A stretch of 64,000 bases of DNA from Ostreococcus lucimarinus (Eukaryota). The notes beneath the pieces are model-generated. The model was not told where the DNA came from, searched no databases, and was given only the letters and a program-made list of their open reading frames with translations. The position numbers and the translations under genes were made by a program. Of this stretch, positions 27,801 through 38,309 are shown one piece after another (position 1 is the stretch's first letter; each line of letters opens with the position of its first letter). The stretch lies in the NCBI GenBank assembly GCA_000092065.1, contig CP000600.1, one strand, 5' to 3'.

Positions 27801-28915
27801 GAATATCCGCCCAAGAAGAAGCCGAGCGAGGCCAGGGCGCTCGCGGTTCGCTCGCTGCGCTCCTGCAAGCGGACTCCGCGGCAAAGCAATGGAACATGGA
27901 TGTCATCGCTGCCGCGAGCAGTGGTGGTGCGACATGTGCGGTAAAGATCGTTAAAGTGCGCGACGGTACAATAGTTGACGTCTACGGTACGAGTGTGGAT
28001 GTGCCGAATGCCACAGCGGACGACGCCATCGCCGAGGCCACTCTAGCCGAAGCCGCACAGCTCGTCGCCGAGCAGATGTACTTGAGCGAATTCTCCGATC
28101 GCCCGGACATGGTGTACATCCCGCACACTATCGCAGAACCGATGAACTTACGCGCAGCGCTTCGTCACACCGGCGTCGGCGCCAACGCGACGAAGAAGAG
28201 TAAGGTCTTGCACCACGGTGCCGCCAAGGAAGGATCGCTCCTCGAGGCGCTCGCGGAAATGGCACTCGAGAACGCCGACGAATCCGCGCGCGCAACGGCG
28301 GTGAAATCCGCCGCGGCGCTTCGCTTAAAGGACGCCATCGGACTCGATGAGTCCCCCACGAGCATCGAAGGCGTGGACGTTTCTCATCTCGCCGGCCAGA
28401 ACGCTGTGACGAGCTTTGTTCGATTCGAGGGAGGTTCGCCGGCGCCGCTCAAGCATCGCCGATACCAGCTCAGTGAAGCCGTAACACCAAGCGACGACTA
28501 TGGTGGTATCGCTGAGTCAATAACCGCGCGCTTGGCGTCCAAGAGCAAACTTCCGGACGTCTTTCTCATCGACGGTGGAGTCGGCCAACTCACCGCGGCG
28601 GCGCACGCGCTTCGCGAAGGCGGCGTCGTCATCTCAAACATGATCGACGACGACAACACCCCGATCGCCGATTCCAGCGCAAAGGCACATCGAACCGTTG
28701 CCTTGTGCGCGCTCGCCAAGGGCCGAAGCAGCGGTGAAGAGGCTCTATGGGTCCCCGCGCTCTCGCCCGGAGGCGTCGTCATGGGCCGAAAAGTCGACGA
28801 CGCCCACCTTGACGCGCTAAAACTTCTCCGTTCGGTGCGCGACAGCGCCCACGCCGTGGCGCTCGGCGCGCATCGTTCTTTACGTCGCGAAGAGCGACTA
28901 AACGCCTTCGCTTAG
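24848..28915 (+). CDS. uvrB-uvrC: UvrB-UvrC fusion protein: complete bacterial-type excinuclease B helicase followed by UvrC GIY-YIG and RNase-H-like endonuclease domains. Single exon, N-terminal R/A/T-rich presequence.
   Basis: UvrB: [151 protein letters not shown]..helicase C ([29 protein letters not shown]). UvrC: [30 protein letters not shown] (GIY-YIG)..[80 protein letters not shown]. An alternative in-frame ATG at 24686 would add 54 aa and overlap the THUMPD1 start. Confidence 0.8.
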   Translation: [1355 protein letters not shown]

Positions 28916-28959
28916 CGCATTATCGCATTGTATTTATCATTTATCTCCGCGCGCGTTAA

Positions 28960-30540
<1,581 letters not shown>

Positions 30541-30623
30541 TATCGGGAGTCTTTAGTGTTTTTGTTTGTTATGTGATGATAAACCACGTGTGCTATCTAA
30601 ATTTGCTACTTTTTGTGTGCGTC

Positions 30624-33600
30624 TCAGAGACGAATGTGCTTGCCCGTGGCTTTGTTAGCCTCTTGGTACTGTGCAGCCCGCACGATGTCGTGTTTGAGAG
30701 AAAACGAGCCCGTGCCCAGATCAACAGTGCGACCAACGACGATTCTCGACGATGGCGAGCTCAAGTCGTCCGTTTCTCCGCGAATTGTTGCGTCCGTTAA
30801 GAATGCCGTCGCCGTCTCGTAAGACATCTTCAGGAATGGCGAAGTGCTCTTTTCGATGCCAGATCTGTTGCAGGGTCGGTATTCACCTTGTTGCGTCATG
30901 AAGTCACCGATGAGAGAAAGATGACGCGTATCAACGCCGATGCCGTACACGCCGAATACAGCTTGCACTTCGCTCACGAGCGTCGATCGGCCCGCCTCGA
31001 CCCCAAAGGTTTGCATGATGTCCCATACAGAATTTGATTTCATGGAGTTGACCTCGATGAGATCAGAGTTCGCCCAAGCGGCGCCAAAATTGATACCATC
31101 GGTTTGAATGGATAAAGGTTGCGAGCCAGTGGGATCTTCATCGTCCGTCTTGCCGACGACGAAAGTTTGCTTGATTCCCGGCGTTTCGCGAATGATCGTT
31201 TTCACGGCAACTTCTTGTGCGATTTCGAGCACGAGTACGTGAGGAGAGTTTATACCAGCTGGAACCGTGAACTCTATGGTTCGAGATTTTTCGTCACACA
31301 CGATTGTCTCGACAACTTCATCCTCCGTCAGCTGTACGCCACAGTCCGTCATCTCACTCGAAGGAACTCGCTTCTTCTTTGACTTTGGCGTCTTGGCGCT
31401 AGCGTCGTCCGAAGAAGCATCGGAATCATCGTCACCGGAAGAAGATGAGCCATCAGAATCGCTGTCGACCTCAGTTTCGTCTATTTTGCGATTCTCCGTC
31501 TTTGCACCTTCCTCGTCTTCCTCATCGTCCTCGTCCTCATCCGACGCGTCGCCATTCTCAAATTTGACATTTTTCGCTCGCGCGGCGGAGTTCTTCTCTT
31601 TTTCGTCATCCTCTTCTTCGTCATCGTCCTTGCGAGGGTCCGTGGTTCCTTGCATCGGGCCATTTTTCGCGTTTTTCACGATGACACCATTGTTGCTTTT
31701 GCTCTTCCTCATGTCAGAGCCAATTCTCGCCACGAGCATTTTGGCGAACTTGCGCTTGACGGCGTGCAGAAATTCTGCAAACGTCACCTCATTTGGATCG
31801 TCGTCATTTTGACCTTCGCGCATTTGAATGACAACGGTATACAATCGTGAGAGTCCCTCATCTGGACCTATACCGTAGTCTTTCACCTTGATACAAAGCT
31901 TTGTGATGAGTTCGGCGAGGATCACTCGTCGGAGTCGGCGACAGAGCGTCTCAGCATTTTCCTTAGTTCTGCACCCAGGTTTCAACGGAAGTATCATGAC
32001 GGGCGTCAAAAGCTTCTTTGATGCAGCCATGAGCAACTCTCGAAGACGAGGAATACCAAGCGTGACGTTTGCTTCGCCGCGGCCGGCAAAGTGGAAGGTA
32101 TTCAACGTCATTTGTGTGGATGGTTCTCCAACAGACTGCGCGGCAATGACGCCGACGGCTTCGCCGGGGGGCGCAACGTACGTGAGATAACGCATATTCA
32201 TCAGCATGGCAAACTCTTCAGCGGTCAAACCGGACTTTGCCGCCAATGAACTTTCATTCTTCTTTCCTTTCTCTTCGGCCCAGTAACCTTTCGGTCGCGA
32301 GTCGATGAACGTTTTAAGTTCATCGCCGAATTTCTCTGGCAACACTCCCAACTGGTCGCCAAAGTTTTCCATGCAGAATCGCGGTAGCTCTTCTTTACGA
32401 CCTATGGTCTCAAGAACACTTACTTTTTTCTTGTTGAGCTTGGGCAACATCGAAATCGCGGCTTCGTTGTTGAGCAAAATGAGTTCCGGGTTTTCGGCAA
32501 GGAACTCAAACTTCTCCAAGTACCCAGAACGCGTGACGTCGACGCAATCCTCCCCGTATTGAAACTGCACAATGCTTCCATCGCTGTCACGCACGGTAAA
32601 ATCGTAATGCACTCTCATCGATTCTAGGTTTTTCACCAAACAACGCTGCAAGTAACCAGAGCGCGCAGTCTTCACGGCGGTATCGACCAAACCTTCGCGA
32701 CCAGCCATGCAGTGGAAAAAGTACTCGGCGGGATCCAATCCGCTAAAAAACCGACAGGCGATGTAACCGTTCGCCCGCGAGCTGATGTCGAAAGGCTCGA
32801 ATGAAGGGAGCGTCTTACCACTCGGCATGCGAGGTACACGGCGACCCTCGAGCTCTTGCTGGCCCAAGGCGGCGGCGATTTGAGAAAAGTTCACAAGCGA
32901 ACCCTTTGCGCCAGAGATGGTCATGATGGAGAGACAATTCTTTGAGAATGGCTTCTTTGTACCGAACGGGAGACACTTCTTCACGGTCGCCGAAGTCACC
33001 TTGTTCAAAGCGCCTGACGCTTTCATGTCCAATTGAGCGCCCCATTCGGGATTTTCGAGCAACTTCGCCGCGATAGCCGTCATCACTTCCTCATCCGATT
33101 TCCCGCTCGCTTCTGCGACATCTGCTGTAGCCGTCTTACACATCTCGTCTGCCTTGTTTAGCTCCACTACGCGATCTTTTTCTGCATCAGCGGTGAGAAT
33201 CAAATCATCGATACCGCACGTAAAGCCATGCTTTTGCAAAAAGTTGGTAAAAAGTCGGGAAAAAATTGACAATAAAGCGCCGGCTGTGGACCGTCCGTGG
33301 AGCTCGGCCACGGCGTGCACAAGGCCGTACTTGCCGAACATATTCTTGTCTACGACCCCAGAGCAAAAGTAGTTTCGTCTAATAATCAGTCGATCTTCGC
33401 CAGAGTCTTCACCGCCGAAAAACGTGGCTGGGATCTTGCACGGTGCGCTGAACGTTAGCGGTGGTCGCCCTCGAGTGATGTGCGATAAAACCGCGGCGAT
33501 GACTTGTTTGCCGGTCCAAAGTGCTTTTGGCTTGAGGAGAGCAGGCGCCGGGACGTCGATTTTCCCGTGCTCATCACCGCAGTAGTCCACGAGACCGCTG

Positions 33601-35846
33601 TAAAGAAGCTGCGTGAACTCGGATCGATCGAAGAAGCTGTCTCGCATGGAGAGCAACAACCCGGAACAGATGTGGTCTTGGATCAACCCTCTGAGAGGCT
33701 TCCCGTCCGTTGGTACGGTGAACTGACGATCGCCGTGCATGATTTCATACGCTTCGGCTCGTCCTAAGTGATCCTGCGGAAAGTGAAGGTTGATTTCATC
33801 CCCATCGAAATCGGCGTTGAAGGTGGAACAGTTGGAGTAGTGCATACGGACGACTCGCTGCCCCGGTAGAACCCGCGCAGTGTGCGCCAAAATACCAGGC
33901 TTGTGCAACGTTGGCTGACGATTAACGAGCATCACGTCGCCGTCGCGTAAATGTCTATACACCGTCTTTGCGAGCGGTCTCGCCGGCCCGTCCGCAGATC
34001 CAGCGGCCGTCGTTGCTAAGAGAGTCTTCGCTATGGCAGCTCGCTTTTCGGCGGTGAACTTGTCCAAGTGAATCACACGCCCTCGTTCGTCTTCGATCGC
34101 GTTCGCCCCTGGATGGATTTCAGGTCCGTTTTCAACGAGTGTGCGCATCAAGTCAACGTTATGTGGGGTGACGAGCTCGGGAAACGTGAGCTTTTTCGCG
34201 AACACCGGAGGAACGCCAATTTCGCTCGTGCCCAGGTATGGATCGGGGGAAATCACCGACCGTGCGGCGAAATTCACGCGCTTACCCATCATGTTCATGC
34301 GAAATAAACCCTCTTTCTTCTCAAGCTGCTGACGAATCCCAATAGCCTGCTTGGCTTCTTGGGTGTCAGCCTTCGTGGCGTCGATGAGCCGATTCACGCC
34401 GGATTGCAAAGCCAACCAAGCGCGTACGGCTCGGCCTGCTCGCACCTCAGGCGGCTCTGGGACCGTTGGAGGCGTCCTAAAGAGCTCGGCCAGACTTAAA
34501 TTGGCCTGGATAATCGTCGTGAGCGCCGTATTTTGCGGGTGATCAAAGATCATATCGCCCATCTTGCTTGGCGGCCGGAACTTTGACGGAGCCACGAGGA
34601 GTGTTTGAATGAAAAACCTCGCCGGATCACTTCGACGCTCTTCGCCTCGCTTCGTGCACTTATTCGGTGGGGTCGTCGCCCAGATCATGGAACAAAAATC
34701 GTACTCGTACATCCATAAACGTTTAAGCAAAGCTCGAGCCTCAATTGGGGTGATGTAAAGCGACTTTGCCGCCTCCTGCACGCGCTCATCCACGGACATC
34801 GTCTCTGAGTCGCTACTATCGCTATCGTCGCTGCTATCAGACTGCGCGTCGACGTCTCGGGCTTCACTACTCTTTTCAGCCGCACCCACGTCATCCGTCG
34901 ATCTATCCGACTCATCCCCTTCGCCGAGTCTCTTGCGCGCCTTCTTTTTCGCCGGCACGAGCTTCGGTTCCACAGCTGCGCCGGCCAACTTCGTCGCTCC
35001 AGCGTGTGAATCTGCGCTCTCGGCGCTAGCTTCGCGAGCAAGGTACGCCATATCGTCGTTGATGTCAATGCCCTTGGCTAAGTTGTTCTCGTGATGCGCC
35101 TTCGGAAGTGCACCTCTGAAGATCTTATTGTGTCCCTCGGGCGACACCTTCGGATTCATAGCCCCACAGTTCTCACACTTCTTCGGTTGTATCGCGAGAA
35201 ACTCCTTGATTAAATTTCGCGCTGCCGTGGACGTGATCGAAGTCCATACGACCGGTTCACCTCGACCACGCGTTTTCAATCTCGGCAAGACGTCGTGGAT
35301 GTTGTCTAAATCCATCTCCTCCGCATCGCCGTCGCCCTCGACCTCTTTAAACACTGAGCTCATCTCTTCCTTCGCCTTCTTGCTAATCTCCGGAAGTACT
35401 CCCTCGGCCGCTTCCATGTCACCATCCATGAGCATCTCTAACCGCTCTCGAAACCTTCGCACGCGACTGGCGTGCAAGCGAAACTTGTGACAATGAAAAC
35501 ACGTCGTCTTCAGCAACCGCACCACCGTGCCGAACGTCAACGGGTTGTACACCGGCACGACGAGCTCGAGGTGTCCAAAGTGTCCCGCGCACATCCCTCC
35601 CGGAAATTTACACGTCACGCACGTCGTTTTCGAGTCCGTCGGTCCGAGCGCGGGGTCGTACAGACCATCCGCCACCGCGTTGTTCAACCCGTCGAACAGC
35701 ACCGGGTTCGTGATCCTCTTCACCGATATCTTGCGCACATCCTCGGCGTCGTAAAAGCTGAAGCTCGCGCTCGCGATCTCTTTCTGCACCAGTCCGCGCT
35801 GTTTGACCCGGTGTCGCGCCGTCGTCGCCGTCGCATCGCGCGGCAT
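30624..35846 (-). CDS. POLR1A: DNA-directed RNA polymerase I largest subunit (RPA1/A190)
   Basis: The N-terminal zinc ribbon (CVTCKFPGGMCAGHFGHLELVVPVYNPL..CFHCHKF), the NADFDGDE catalytic motif, the funnel/cleft domains and a large D/E/S-rich insertion are typical of A190. There is no CTD heptad. The ATG is at 35844-35846 (MPRDATATTARH..). Confidence 0.8.
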   Translation of the reverse strand: MPRDATATTARHRVKQRGLVQKEIASASFSFYDAEDVRKISVKRITNPVLFDGLNNAVADGLYDPALGPTDSKTTCVTCKFPGGMCAGHFGHLELVVPVYNPLTFGTVVRLLKTTCFHCHKFRLHASRVRRFRERLEMLMDGDMEAAEGVLPEISKKAKEEMSSVFKEVEGDGDAEEMDLDNIHDVLPRLKTRGRGEPVVWTSITSTAARNLIKEFLAIQPKKCENCGAMNPKVSPEGHNKIFRGALPKAHHENNLAKGIDINDDMAYLAREASAESADSHAGATKLAGAAVEPKLVPAKKKARKRLGEGDESDRSTDDVGAAEKSSEARDVDAQSDSSDDSDSSDSETMSVDERVQEAAKSLYITPIEARALLKRLWMYEYDFCSMIWATTPPNKCTKRGEERRSDPARFFIQTLLVAPSKFRPPSKMGDMIFDHPQNTALTTIIQANLSLAELFRTPPTVPEPPEVRAGRAVRAWLALQSGVNRLIDATKADTQEAKQAIGIRQQLEKKEGLFRMNMMGKRVNFAARSVISPDPYLGTSEIGVPPVFAKKLTFPELVTPHNVDLMRTLVENGPEIHPGANAIEDERGRVIHLDKFTAEKRAAIAKTLLATTAAGSADGPARPLAKTVYRHLRDGDVMLVNRQPTLHKPGILAHTARVLPGQRVVRMHYSNCSTFNADFDGDEINLHFPQDHLGRAEAYEIMHGDRQFTVPTDGKPLRGLIQDHICSGLLLSMRDSFFDRSEFTQLLYSGLVDYCGDEHGKIDVPAPALLKPKALWTGKQVIAAVLSHITRGRPPLTFSAPCKIPATFFGGEDSGEDRLIIRRNYFCSGVVDKNMFGKYGLVHAVAELHGRSTAGALLSIFSRLFTNFLQKHGFTCGIDDLILTADAEKDRVVELNKADEMCKTATADVAEASGKSDEEVMTAIAAKLLENPEWGAQLDMKASGALNKVTSATVKKCLPFGTKKPFSKNCLSIMTISGAKGSLVNFSQIAAALGQQELEGRRVPRMPSGKTLPSFEPFDISSRANGYIACRFFSGLDPAEYFFHCMAGREGLVDTAVKTARSGYLQRCLVKNLESMRVHYDFTVRDSDGSIVQFQYGEDCVDVTRSGYLEKFEFLAENPELILLNNEAAISMLPKLNKKKVSVLETIGRKEELPRFCMENFGDQLGVLPEKFGDELKTFIDSRPKGYWAEEKGKKNESSLAAKSGLTAEEFAMLMNMRYLTYVAPPGEAVGVIAAQSVGEPSTQMTLNTFHFAGRGEANVTLGIPRLRELLMAASKKLLTPVMILPLKPGCRTKENAETLCRRLRRVILAELITKLCIKVKDYGIGPDEGLSRLYTVVIQMREGQNDDDPNEVTFAEFLHAVKRKFAKMLVARIGSDMRKSKSNNGVIVKNAKNGPMQGTTDPRKDDDEEEDDEKEKNSAARAKNVKFENGDASDEDEDDEEDEEGAKTENRKIDETEVDSDSDGSSSSGDDDSDASSDDASAKTPKSKKKRVPSSEMTDCGVQLTEDEVVETIVCDEKSRTIEFTVPAGINSPHVLVLEIAQEVAVKTIIRETPGIKQTFVVGKTDDEDPTGSQPLSIQTDGINFGAAWANSDLIEVNSMKSNSVWDIMQTFGVEAGRSTLVSEVQAVFGVYGIGVDTRHLSLIGDFMTQQGEYRPCNRSGIEKSTSPFLKMSYETATAFLTDATIRGETDDLSSPSSRIVVGRTVDLGTGSFSLKHDIVRAAQYQEANKATGKHIRL

Positions 35847-36171
35847 CGCGGCGCCGATGCCGGCGGCGGCGGCGGCGGTTCGAGCGCGGCGACGACGCGC
35901 GCGACGACGCGTTCGAGGCGCGCGCGACGGGAGCGCGCGCGATGAACGTTCGTACCCGCGGCGGGTGTCGTCGCGAAAGTCGCGCGGGCGCCGAGACGAC
36001 GGGGCGTCCGTCTGTGCGGCGCGGGTTTTCAGTCGGTTGGAGCGACGGCTCTGCGAGGTCGCGTCGCGGAGAAGAAATGGATGAAACACTCTAAAGCTCG
36101 ATTTGATCACACGCGAGACTACGGCGCTCGCGAACGATGTTGTTGTGTAGATCTATGGAGACTATGTTTTG

Positions 36172-37278
36172 TTAATGCATCGGAGAGTGCAGGTCGTCGT
36201 AATCGGAAGAATTGCTCACATAGGAAAGGGGCGGCGTGCCGAGATCGCTGCCGAGCGCGATAAACGTCGCGTTTGGATCCTCGAATTTTCTAATCCACGG
36301 GTGCTTCATAATGCGCTCGATGTTGAAACGACGTCGAGGGTCGACGCGCAAACATCCCGCGATCAAGTCTTTGGCGCCCATGCTGATGGAGTCCCACGTC
36401 TCCACGTCGTACTTGAAGGCGGTGAAGTTGCCTTGGCGAATTTTCTCGCAAAGCGTTCGACTATCTTCGCCTTCAAAGGGAAGGTATCCCGCCAATAACG
36501 TGTACATGATCACGCCGAACGACCATACATCCACCGACGGTTGCCGATCGCGTCCTCGAGAGTCCGGCTTCAAGCGCTCGGGCGCGGCGAAGTGTAACTT
36601 TCGCGCATCCTCTGGAAACGTTCGCGTCACCGGTTGTCCCAACTCATCCTCGATCTCGTACGTCCCGTACTCCACGACGTACGGCGAAGGGTGTCCCGCT
36701 AACGATGCATAACGCATCGACGTCACCACTAATTCCATGTTATCTTCCTCTCTAAACACCAACGTATCTAAATCCAAATTCCCACACGTCACCCCGCAGT
36801 CGACGAGGTGCTTCAACACCGACGCCAGTTGCACCATGATCTCCCGCGCCTCGTCCTCACCGAGCTTCGCCCCGTCCTTCTGTTGCAAGTAATCGATCAG
36901 TTTCGCCCCGCGCAACCGATCCACGATCAACACCCCCATCGCCGGTCTCTTTCGCAGCTCCGTGAAGCTCTCGTACACGCTCGCCACGCCGTCGTGACGC
37001 AACAACTGCAACACGTACTCCTCCATGGAAAACTGCGATATCGTCAAGCTCTCGCCGTCCGCCTGCTTTTTCAACCGCGCCAACACCGCCGTTCGCGCGC
37101 TCCCGTCTTCCCTCGACACGACGTCGAACGCGCCTCCGTACGCGTCGAACGTCGCCTTGGATTCCACCTCGTACGCGTCCACGAACGCCACCGGAAACAA
37201 CGACTTCATCACCGCGAGCGACCGATCGCGCGCCTTCACGCTCCCCGCGCGCTTCAGCGTTCCCTGCGCGCATCCCAT
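36172..37278 (-). CDS. CAMK-like protein kinase-fold protein, predicted pseudokinase, N-terminally myristoylated/palmitoylated (MGCAQG..)
   Basis: The kinase-fold landmarks APE (HFAAPERL) and the alphaF region (DVWSFGVIMYTLLAGYLPF) are present. HRDLKPEN is replaced by TCGNLDLDTL and DFG by TSM, so the catalytic Asp, loop Lys/Asn and DFG Asp are all missing. The MGC N-terminus fits an N-myristoylation site. Confidence 0.6.
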   Translation of the reverse strand: MGCAQGTLKRAGSVKARDRSLAVMKSLFPVAFVDAYEVESKATFDAYGGAFDVVSREDGSARTAVLARLKKQADGESLTISQFSMEEYVLQLLRHDGVASVYESFTELRKRPAMGVLIVDRLRGAKLIDYLQQKDGAKLGEDEAREIMVQLASVLKHLVDCGVTCGNLDLDTLVFREEDNMELVVTSMRYASLAGHPSPYVVEYGTYEIEDELGQPVTRTFPEDARKLHFAAPERLKPDSRGRDRQPSVDVWSFGVIMYTLLAGYLPFEGEDSRTLCEKIRQGNFTAFKYDVETWDSISMGAKDLIAGCLRVDPRRRFNIERIMKHPWIRKFEDPNATFIALGSDLGTPPLSYVSNSSDYDDLHSPMH

Positions 37279-37310
37279 GACGCGCGCCCTCGCGCTCGCC
37301 GCGCGTCGTC

Positions 37311-37450
37311 GAATTCGCGTCGAATTCGCGTCGAATTCGCGTCGTTGAATTCGAAAGGTCGCGACGCGCGCGCGCGTCCCGCGATCGATCGACGCGCGCG
37401 TCGACCGCGTCGACCGCGTCGACCGCGTCGACCGCGTCGACCGCGTCGAC
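37311..37450. repeat. Tandem repeats upstream of the pseudokinase gene: (GAATTCGCGTC)x3 at ~37311-37345 and (GTCGACCGC)x7 at ~37388-37450. A (CAAA)n microsatellite follows at ~37600-37625.
   Basis: Perfect 11-mer and 9-mer arrays. The ORF track translates them as STRSTRSTR.., but they lie upstream of the MGC start. Confidence 0.8.
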
Positions 37451-37710
37451 CGCGTCGCGACGTGCGGACGCGCGCGCGAACGCGGCGAACGCGCCGGAGA
37501 ATGCGCGACGTTTCGCGAAACCCACGATTGGCGATCCCGAGCCCCGCGAGACGAGACGCGAGACGAAGCGCGAGACGCGGCGACGCGCGAACGATCGACG
37601 TCGCGAACAAACAAACAAACAAACTAACACACACACCGCTACTCTCTTCCACGCCGACGCCCGCCGCGATCGATCGATCGATCGACGACGCGCGTCCTCC
37701 GGCGCGCGCG

Positions 37711-38232
37711 CTACGCGTCCTCGGCGCCGTCGTCGCGCGCGCGCTTCTCCCCCACCTCCGCGCTCGCCCGCATCCCCTCCAGCTCGTCCCGCAACAATTT
37801 CCCGTACCCGCCCCGCCCCGCGTCGTAGTACGTCCTGTACTCGTCTCGCACCTGCCCACCGGATTTCCCTCGTCCGAACTCGCGTCCCGGCTCGTAGCCC
37901 CAGTCGAAGTCGATCCTGATCTCGCGATCGTCCAGTTTCGTCCCGTTCAGGTACCGCACGCACCGCTCGGCGTCCGCGCGCGTCTCGTACTCGACGAACG
38001 CGAATCCGCACGGCGTGCGCCGCGCGCTGTCGAGGCCGACGACGATGGCGCGCACGACGCCGACGGATCGAAACAGCGCGTGCATCTGATTCTCCGTCGT
38101 GTAAAAGGACACGTTCCCGACGTACAGCGTCGTCGACGCGCGCAGGCGGTCGAGGTACTCGTCGAGCGTGCCGTTGAACCGGCGGTCTTTGTACTGCGTC
38201 AGCGGCTCGCGGTCGAGGAACAGGCGCGCCAT
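37711..38232 (-). CDS. NCBP2: Nuclear cap-binding protein subunit 2 (CBP20), RRM
   Basis: [81 protein letters not shown] is near-identical in pattern to the CBP20 RRM. The ATG is at 38230-38232. There is an RG/Y-rich C-terminus. Confidence 0.85.
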   Translation of the reverse strand: MARLFLDREPLTQYKDRRFNGTLDEYLDRLRASTTLYVGNVSFYTTENQMHALFRSVGVVRAIVVGLDSARRTPCGFAFVEYETRADAERCVRYLNGTKLDDREIRIDFDWGYEPGREFGRGKSGGQVRDEYRTYYDAGRGGYGKLLRDELEGMRASAEVGEKRARDDGAEDA

Positions 38233-38309
38233 GACGCGTCGATTCGAGATTCGATTCGATGCGGCGCGATGTGACGCGGCGTCGTCTCGCGTCGCATTCG
38301 TCGACGCGC

